64,000 nucleotides of DNA from Eledone cirrhosa (taxonomy: Eukaryota): positions 88,598,001 to 88,662,000 of the forward strand of contig OZ024745.1 in assembly GCA_964016885.1 (NCBI GenBank), given 5' to 3'. Positions 55,182-64,000 of this stretch are shown in pieces. The notes beneath the pieces are model-generated. The model ran no database searches and had not been told where the DNA came from. It saw nothing but the letters and a program-made list of their open reading frames with translations. Both the position numbers and the translations under genes were made by a program. How positions within the stretch are numbered: the stretch's first letter is position 1; each line of letters begins with the position of its first letter.

Positions 55182-55285
55182 TTTAAATTAATTCATGAAT
55201 TTATAATTTTTGACAAAATTATCTATTTTATTATTTCATTATTTATCTAAGTATTTCTCTGTCAATGATATTATTTCTGTTCCTT

Positions 55286-55287
<2 letters not shown>

Positions 55288-55369
<82 letters not shown>

Positions 55370-55379
55370 ATATCTATCC

Positions 55380-55448
<69 letters not shown>

Positions 55449-55459
55449 CCTATCCATCC

Positions 55460-55491
<32 letters not shown>

Positions 55492-55515
55492 GTCTGTCTG
55501 TCTGTCTATCTATCT
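55288..55515. repeat. (TATC)n
   Basis: Tetranucleotide run. Confidence 0.98.
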
Positions 55516-55957
55516 ATATATTTATCTCTATATATATGTATATATATATATACATATGTATATATATATATATGAATGAATATATATATATATATATATA
55601 GATGTCTGTGAGTCTATATATGTGTCTATTACCTGACTATCTTCTATCCATCCATTTATCTATCTATATTTTATCAACCCCTCTCTCTCTCTCTCACTCT
55701 CACACACACACACACACACTCTCTCTTTATATTTATATATATATATATGAATGTATATAGACATATTACGTACTAGGAAGCCTACGTGTGCATGTATACA
55801 GGCAGGTGTATGCGTCTGTGCGTGTGTGAACACAGAGAGGTTTTAATGTATATGTATATATTTGCGCGTGTTTGTGAATGTGTAAGCTGATGCATACAGA
55901 TATATATATATATATATATAAAAATTAGAAAAAGCGAGCAAGTTTTGTGTTACCCTA

Positions 55958-55992
<35 letters not shown>

Positions 55993-56458
55993 AAAACAAT
56001 CAAGATTTAAATAGAATATATGCGAAAACGAAAAACAAAAATAAAGAAAACGAAGGCAATGATAGCCACTACATCAATAAATACTACAAACCCTATTAAT
56101 GATGACTATAACATTTCAACTTAAACTTTCTTACACTGTGTTGGTATGTGAATGTGAGTGTACGCATGTGTGTGTAAATAATTCAGATCAGATGTAGTTA
56201 TTTTTGTTGTTGTTGTTGTTGGCGGTGCTGTTAGTGTTGTTGGTGTTAATAATGTTGTTATTATTGTTGCTGAAGTTATCCTTTTTTTTTCCGTTTATAT
56301 TTTTTTTGTTATATATATATATATTTTTTTGTTATATATATATATTTTTTTAGTTTGTGTTATATATTGTTGTAATGTCGGTCCTTGGTAAAATCATTCC
56401 CTCCGACAGGTGAACAATAACAACAGCAACAACAACAATAACGATGGTAACAAGATAA

Positions 56459-56517
<59 letters not shown>

Positions 56518-56756
56518 TCAGTTCATAGTAGTAAGAAGAACAATAACAACTGCTACAACAACAATGTGAACACTACTTACTGTCAAAATAGAAAAACAGA
56601 ATGCGTGAGAGAAGAGAAAGAAGAAAATTGGTAAACATTAAGAATGATAGCGAGAGGTAGGAAAGAAAGAGAGTGAGAGAGAGAGAGACAGAGAGAAAGA
56701 GAGATTAAGAGAAAGAGGGAGACAGAATAAGAGAAAGAAAGAGAGAGAGGGGGTGG

Positions 56757-56787
<31 letters not shown>

Positions 56788-56875
56788 TAAATTATGAAAG
56801 CGAAAGCAGTCGGAAGGGCAAAGCGCGAGAAAAGGAAAAAGAAAGAACGCGGAAAAGGAGAGTGAGAGAGAGAGA

Positions 56876-56962
<87 letters not shown>

Positions 56963-57324
56963 GGAGAGAGGGGGAGAGAGAGAAAAGAAAGATAGAAAGA
57001 TAGATAGGTGTGTGTGTGTAATATTTTTAAATGACTTTCGTTTTCGATCTTGTCTTTGAGGGAAATTTGTTGTTGTTTTTGTTAGTTGTAAATTTTTGTA
57101 AATGTGTTTTCAAACGGTAAATATCCTTGTTTTGCTGGCTTGCCAACCTGCAAGAGCGGCTGAGTTTAAAGTGATAGTATGCAGCAATAGGCGCTGGTGT
57201 TAGAGGGCTGCACAACTGGAGATGTGGTGCTACCTACCCATGCATTTCAGATCGATATCCAGACGGGCGAATCATTTCATTCGGCTGCTGTTTTACTGGC
57301 TCACACACACACTTATTATGCTGT

Positions 57325-58920
57325 GGCTGGTGGTGGTGGTGGTGGTAGTAGTACTAGTAGTAGTGATGGATGTGGTGGTATTGGTGATGGTTGTGGTAGT
57401 AGTAGTAGTAGTAGGAGTAGTACTAGTAGTAGTGATGGATGTGGTGGTATTGGTGGTGGTTGTGGTAGTAGTAGTAGTAGTAGTAGTAGTAGGATTAGTA
57501 CTAGTAGTAGTGATGGATGTGGTGGTATTGGTGGTGGTGGTAGTAGTAGTGATGGGTGTGGTGGTGATGGTGGTGGTGGTGGTGGTAGTAGTGGTAGTGA
57601 TGCTGGAGTTGGTGGTGGAGGTAATGATGGTGGTTGTGGTGGACGTGGTGATGGTGGTGGTGAAGGTGGTAGTGGTGGTGATGGTGGTGGAGGAGCTGAT
57701 CGTCTTCGTCGTTGTAGTCGCCATCAAAGTAGTATTTTTCCTACTGTTGATGATACTGCTGCTGATGATGGTGCTGTTATTATTGTTAGCTACTACTGCT
57801 GCTGCTGTTACATGCAGAAGGTTGTTGTTGTTGTTGCTATTACTGTTACTGTTCATATTTTCTCATAACGTTGTATGAGAGGCAATGATGATGATGATGG
57901 TGGTGGTGGTGGGTATGGTGGTGATGGTGGTGGTGGTGATGGTGGTCGTGATGGTGGTGGTGGTGGTGGTGGTGGTGATGATGATGCTATTGTTATTATT
58001 GCTTTTTATTGTGGTGATATTGTTGTTGTTGTTGATTGACCCCCCCCCCCCCCCCCTCCTCGCAGTTGACCTTAAGATTTCAATAGAGCTATGATCAAAG
58101 ACATTCCGGTCATGACCATCCCGTCTTTTTACAACTATATTTTCCAATGTGACCTTTCTTTACTTAATACAGACGGATGTGATTGCGAGAATTTGGCTGC
58201 TGTTTCTGCAAGGTCGATACCACGTTGTTGTTGTTGGTGATGGTAGTGTTGGTGATGGTGGTGGTAGTTGGGGTGAGGGTGGTACTATTGGTGGTGGTGA
58301 TGGTGGGAGTGGTGGTGCTGGTGGTGTTGTTGTTGGTGATGGTGGTGGTAGTGTTGGTGATAGTGGTGCTGGTGGTGGTAGTGTTGGTGATGGTGGTGGT
58401 GGTGGTAGTTGTGGTGGTGGTGGTGGTGGTGGTGGTGGTGGCACTATTGGTGGTGGTGATGGTGGTAGTGTTGGTGCTGGTGGTGTTGTTGTTGTTGGGC
58501 GTGGTAGTGGTGGTGGCGGTAATGGTGGCAGTGTTGTTGATGGCGATGGTAGTGGTGTTGGTGACGGGGGTAGGATTGTTGGAGTTGTTGGTGTTGATGG
58601 TAGTGTTGGTGGTGGTGTTGTTGTCGCTGTTGGTGGTGGTGGTGGTAGCGGTGTTGGTGAGGGTGGTAGGGTTGATGGTGGTGGTGTTTGTGGTGTTGTT
58701 GTTGTTTGTGGTGGTGTAGATGGCGGTGTCGTGATGGTGGTGGGGGCGGTGGTAGTGGTTATAGAGATGGTGGTAGTGTTGTTAATGTTGTTGTGATGAG
58801 TGGTAGTGGTGATGGTGGTAGTGTTGATGTTGTTGGTGGTAGTGTTGATGTTGTTGGTGGTGATGATGATGTTGATGGTGGTGGCGGTGATGATGATGAT
58901 GATGATGGTGGTGGCGGTGG
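57325..58920. repeat. (GGT/GTA/GAT)n low-complexity tracts
   Basis: Trinucleotide mosaics giving open frames on both strands. Confidence 0.9.
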
Positions 58921-59189
58921 TATAGATAATACACTTCTTCAAGCCACTGCTGATTTTTGCTGTTCCTGCTGATGTTGCTGCACAGTTCTTGTTGCTGCTA
59001 CTGTTGCTACAGGTGCATTTTTTTTCTTTTCTACCTTTTACTGCTTGTGACATTATTGTTGTTGCTGTTGTTATTGTGATTAATTTCTTGTTTTTGTTGA
59101 TGTTGTTGTTGTTGTTATTGTCATTAATTTCTTGTTTTTGTTGATGTTGTTGTTGTTATTTTCTTGCTTTTTTGTAGTAGTTGTTCTTT

Positions 59190-62100
59190 TCTTCAATGTA
59201 GATATTAGGGATAAGGAACAACAGTTGGCACAGGCATGGAGGTTAATTAATCGAGAGAAGTCATGGGCAAACCTGACCATCCCGAACGGGACAATAGCGG
59301 CCATGCAAAGGATGACGGTGTACTTTCGATGCATTTCAGTACAGACACGCAAAGTGAAATTCGCCAGCCAAGCAGAGGTCGAGGCTGCTTTAAAGTGCAT
59401 CGGAAGTGACATCGAGTATAAAGCAAGGGCCAAGCAGTTCGGTACCATCTCAGTACTGTTCAAAACCGAGGCCTTTACTATTAAGCACTCGGTGACCCCC
59501 TACAGAGCGGAACGCATTATTATGCACCCATCCTACATGGGAAAAAGGACAGTAAAGGTCCGCATTCCCATGATCGCACCAGGAATGAACATATGGTGGC
59601 TCCTGGGATGCGTAATCGAGGAGGGGACAAGAAGTACCCTCCTAGATATCAAAATGATATAGAGAAAAGACTGGTCCGGAATGGATTTGGAGATTCTTCT
59701 CCAAATGAAACCAGAGGACATCACAACATACCGAATTTTGCCCGCCTGCAGGACGGGGCAACAATCCAATTAATCACTGAGGGAAGAAGGCCGCACTGTT
59801 TCGTCTGCGGGGAAGCAACGCATCTGCAAGATTTCTGCCCTGAGCTCAAAAATGCAGAGGGTCGCAAACCTCCTTTGTTGCCAACGCCAGTGTCAGCACG
59901 GAAAGCTGCACCACCAGCACCAAAAACAACACCAACAATGACCCGGGTAACCCCACCAACATCAAAATCAGCCGGACCACCGCCCGCACCGAAACCAATC
60001 CAAGGGGAAAATGAGGAAAGTTCTCCCACTCCCCTACCCCTCCAATTATACACATAGCCAAAACAAGAAACGCACACACGGACACAGATCCTTTGTCTTC
60101 CGGCAGTGAAGATGAAGGAAAATCCAAAAGTGCCAAAAAACAAAAGAGAAAACTCACAAAAAAAAAAAAAGCACCAACAAAACACAAAAACGTACACAAC
60201 AAAAAATACAGACACCACTAACGCAAACCCTTCCCCAATAACATCAACACCTCTCCCACAATCCCCGAAACGCAAACAACCTAAACAAACACAATAACAA
60301 AAAAAACACACAGAAAACCTGAAATTGCAGACAGCACACCTACAACACACGCAGCAGAAGCAACACCAGCAGAACCATCACCATCACAGTAACCAAAACG
60401 AAAACAAATAAAACCACACCAACATAACATTAAAAACTTCGTGCTTGTCAGAAGGGCCAACGATAAATTGATTGCCCTCTTAGCACGAAGCGAGGACATC
60501 CAAACAGAGGGGGAGAGCTTTGAATTGAGCACATATTGCGTGCCAGAAAATTTGCTTCTGGTGCGAATGTCGCTCGATTCCTACAAATAATTCGAAAGAG
60601 ATTTCCTCAAGACGTGGGAACCCCGAACGTGAAACCCACACCGTGACATTTAAAGTGGTTCTCAAAAGAAACCACACCAACCATGAAGGTCGAACAACCT
60701 GACCTTCATAAGACCCCGGGAGGTAAGTAAACCTTCCTTCTCTCTTTTATCTTGCCAATATGGCCATATTAAGAGTAGGAAGTTTAAATGTTCGCGGCCT
60801 GGGGTCACCCTGGAATCAGGGTCTCCTTCTGAACGACCTAAGGTCTCTGGAAATGGATGTGATTGCGGCCAGCGAGACCAGGATTTCCCAACTCGCGCGC
60901 ACTAACCCCCAGTTTCGACGACTATCAGATCTTCGCATCTGTTATCAGGCTGGGAATGGGGGGTGGGCTGTTAGTGCTGTTTAGGAAAGGTCTGGATCTT
61001 GATGTAAGTTCGATCTTATGGGACCCGTACGGTAAGTTGGTGGTCCTGGATATGAGCAGTAGCGAAGGTGGTGCCTTTTGACTGCTGGCCGTCTACGCCC
61101 CTACTGGGGCCGGAGGACTGGACTTCTTTAGGCGCCTGGAAACCTTTCTGGGTACGTATTGCCCTCTATTGTTAGCGGGGTGCTGGAACGGCATCTTAGA
61201 CGCACGCTGGGATTGTGTAGGAGTAGCTGATAGAAGCGGGTGGTGCAAAAGCCTCAAACACCTGATCAGCCAGTTTCAACTGTCTGACGGGTATCGACTA
61301 GCTTTACCCAATGCGCCAGTTTGGAGGTGGACCAATCGCATAGGGTCATCTAGATCGTATATAGACAGGATCTTCATTAGGAAAATATATAGAAATAATG
61401 TAGGCTGCCCAATTATTAAAACGGTCGCCTATTCAGATCACAAATTAATATGTATAGTCGACCTAGATAAAACACGTAGTTTGGGACTGGGTTACTGGAA
61501 GCTGAACATGTCATTTCCGGCACGTAAGGCTTACAGGGATCGAGTCAACAATTTAGTTAAGCAAAAGTTTGCAGGGGCGATCATCAACAACAGTTGTTGT
61601 GGGGGGGGGGGGGGTACTCTCAAATGAGAGATTAGAGTAACTTCGATTGAGTTCAGCAAAGATCTAGGGTTAGAGAAAAATAGAAGGAGGGGGAACTGGT
61701 ATAGAAGTTCTAGCGGCGAGAATGGCATTAGACTATTTCTTCAATGCGAAACACGAACGTTGCAATTTCAGAGCTAAGAAACGTGGGAACGATGAGAAAC
61801 GATGTGCCCGCATGGCGGTCCGCAGCGTGGTAATAAACCACAATTCGGTCTTTGGCGGACCGAGACGGACACGAGAAAAGCGATTCCAAGCTTATGTGTG
61901 AGGCCTTTCGCTCGATTGTTCTTTGAGAGTAGCGAGTCAGAGTGAGTAGCCAATTTCAGTCCCTACCTTGACGGCTTGCCACGCATCTCGACGGTTGAGG
62001 CTGAGCGCTGCGAAAGACCGATAACTTCAGCCGAAATTCAGGACGCCCTTGTCGGCTGCATGAGGCGCAAGTCACTCGGTTTGGATGGCCTGACCTACGA

Positions 62101-64000
62101 GCTTTACGTAAATATGCCAGACTTGTTTTCCGATCTCCTCGAAGCACTCTACTACAACTGGCAGCAGAATGGGAGTATTGCCAGTTCTGTAAGCGGGAGA
62201 GTGGTGACGCTGATAAAGAAAGACGAGAACAAGAGGGATACATTAGACAACTTCAGACCCATAACTCTGCACAACACAGAGTTTAAGATTTTGGCCAAGG
62301 TGTTAGCAAAGAGATTGGCGCTTGTCATCGATGATTTGGTTGGGGGGCGCAAACCTGTGCATTCCCAGCCAGGTCCATAAACGACAATCTCCATCATAGA
62401 GAGGGTAAGGGTGTAAAACTGGCTTCGGTGGGGGCACTGATCAATTTAGATCATTCGAAAGCATTCGATAGGATCGACGATCGGTATCTGGAGTTTGTCC
62501 TCAAAGCAGCTAGCTTCGGCCCTGTCTTCAGAAGGTGGATCGCTGCAATGCACAGCGGCACATGCTAGGTGGTCAAGGTTAATGGCCACCTCTCGGAACT
62601 ATTTCGGCTCTCCCTTCTGTACATATTGACTCTCAAGCCTGTACTGCGGAAGCAGGAACTGTTGCAGGGCATCCCGCTCGACCCGGGACGTGGAAAGGCT
62701 GTGTCGGCTTATGCGGACGACATCACCGTGATAGTGTGAAATCGAGGTGGTCGGCACCTTATTGAAGGAATATGAAAGGTTGACAGGAGCAAAACTTAAC
62801 CCGGAAAAGTCGGTGTGCTTGCAGCTCGATACCTGGAGAAGCAACCCCATGCCGTCCAACAGCGTCATGGGGGGGGGGGCGACGGACGGACCAGTAAAAT
62901 TGCCTGGGGTTTGGTTCCGACCAGACCTCCAGGTGGAAAAGAATTGGGACGAGGTAACGAGCAAGGTAGCCAGTCTCACCAAAAAATGGGCTGCGAGGAA
63001 GCTATCAATGAAATGTCGGGCAGAGGTGGTGAATGTGTACATCGCGTCCGTCATCTACTATCGCCTGACCGTCGTGCCTTGCACCCGTCCGCGCCTCGTC
63101 AAGTTGGAACGGCTCCTACAAATTTTTGTGGAGAGGACAAGTTATGTTGGTGAGGCGGTCCATCTGCTGCCAGCACCCTCTACACGGAAGACCGGACATG
63201 CCGTGGCTAATGATGCAGAGGCATGCGCTGAGGCCGCGACATCTCCAGATATTTTGTCTAAACCGAGAACAGGTCTGATTGCCGTTTATCAGACAGGTCT
63301 TTCCGCAGCTCGTTTCTTTGACTGAGCTGCAGTCCTTGGTCAAGAAGAGACCGAGACTGGGTGACTGGCACCTGGAATGTTGCCAGCCACTCACTGCCCT
63401 CTACCAAGCGGACAATGAGTTCAGTGGAACTTCCACTCTCGAGTTCTATAGATGATTAATGGTGGGCCAGTGCGATGACGCACTGGGAGAAGCTTTGGGC
63501 CTCGTAAAATGGAATTGACCAGTCTGTTCCGGAGGACTTTCGAGTCGGGGACGATGGACAATTTCCAGAAATCCCTCGCTTGGCAGTGGTTGCGGAGGGC
63601 ACTTCCGGTTCGGGATAAACTCTACAGGCACGGAGGTGCTGTCTGACGGACCTGCGCAAGATGCGCACAGAGCGACGAAACCGTTCTGCACGCGCTTGTC
63701 CAATGTCCGTGCATTACTGACTTGTGGAGTTATGTCGAACAGCTACTGTCGCGTGTAGACGGATCCGGCTTTCGGCCGAGTCCATAGTGAAGATCGACCC
63801 GCCGCCTTCCTTTGGTAAGGAGGACCAGGCAATTTTCCTCTGCCTGGTGGCCGTTGCGAAAGAGGTTATATCGTGGACCAGATTAAAAGGACTGAAGACA
63901 GACACTTTTCTCTTCGGCCAATCCCTCATCAACTTCTTCAAGTTTCACCTGGAAAGGAAGGTGAGGGTGGAGAGAGAAGTGCTTTCCCCCAGTATATTTG
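59190..64000 (+). mobile_element. Second copy of the L1/Tx1-type LINE, decayed, runs off the window
   Basis: Colinear with the reverse complement of 26590-31205; ORF1 CFVCGEATHLQDFC; ORF2 from 60760 with APE (YSDHK), RT and C-terminal C..C..ETVLH..C. Confidence 0.95.

Noticed and set aside
58160-59053. Pro/Thr-rich formin- or mucin-like ORF
   Set aside because: (GGT)n mosaic open in most frames on both strands; no complex domain.

Overview
AT-rich, microsatellite-saturated animal DNA with no intact host gene. The SINE families and (TA)n/(CA)n density resemble Octopus/coleoid cephalopod sequence (recalled resemblance, not verified). Nearly all complex sequence is mobile DNA: several decayed Penelope-like elements (PLEs, RT + GIY-YIG), two copies of one L1/Tx1-type LINE in inverted orientation, one R4/Dong-type RLE LINE, Helitron-type non-autonomous elements and many tRNA-derived SINEs. 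Manual motif reading finds about two dozen type I hammerhead ribozyme (HHR) motifs from at least 8 families. These include a 469-bp retrozyme-like tandem array and a U3-A8 core variant. Many fold-back (palindromic) insertions sit in (TA)n tracts. Their apices fall on a 6-bp palindrome or inside hammerhead stem II, leaving palindromic half-hammerheads. This suggests a repeatable snap-back mechanism of PLE-driven retrotransposition. Coordinates were read by eye and may be off by a few bases; no folding or database search was run.
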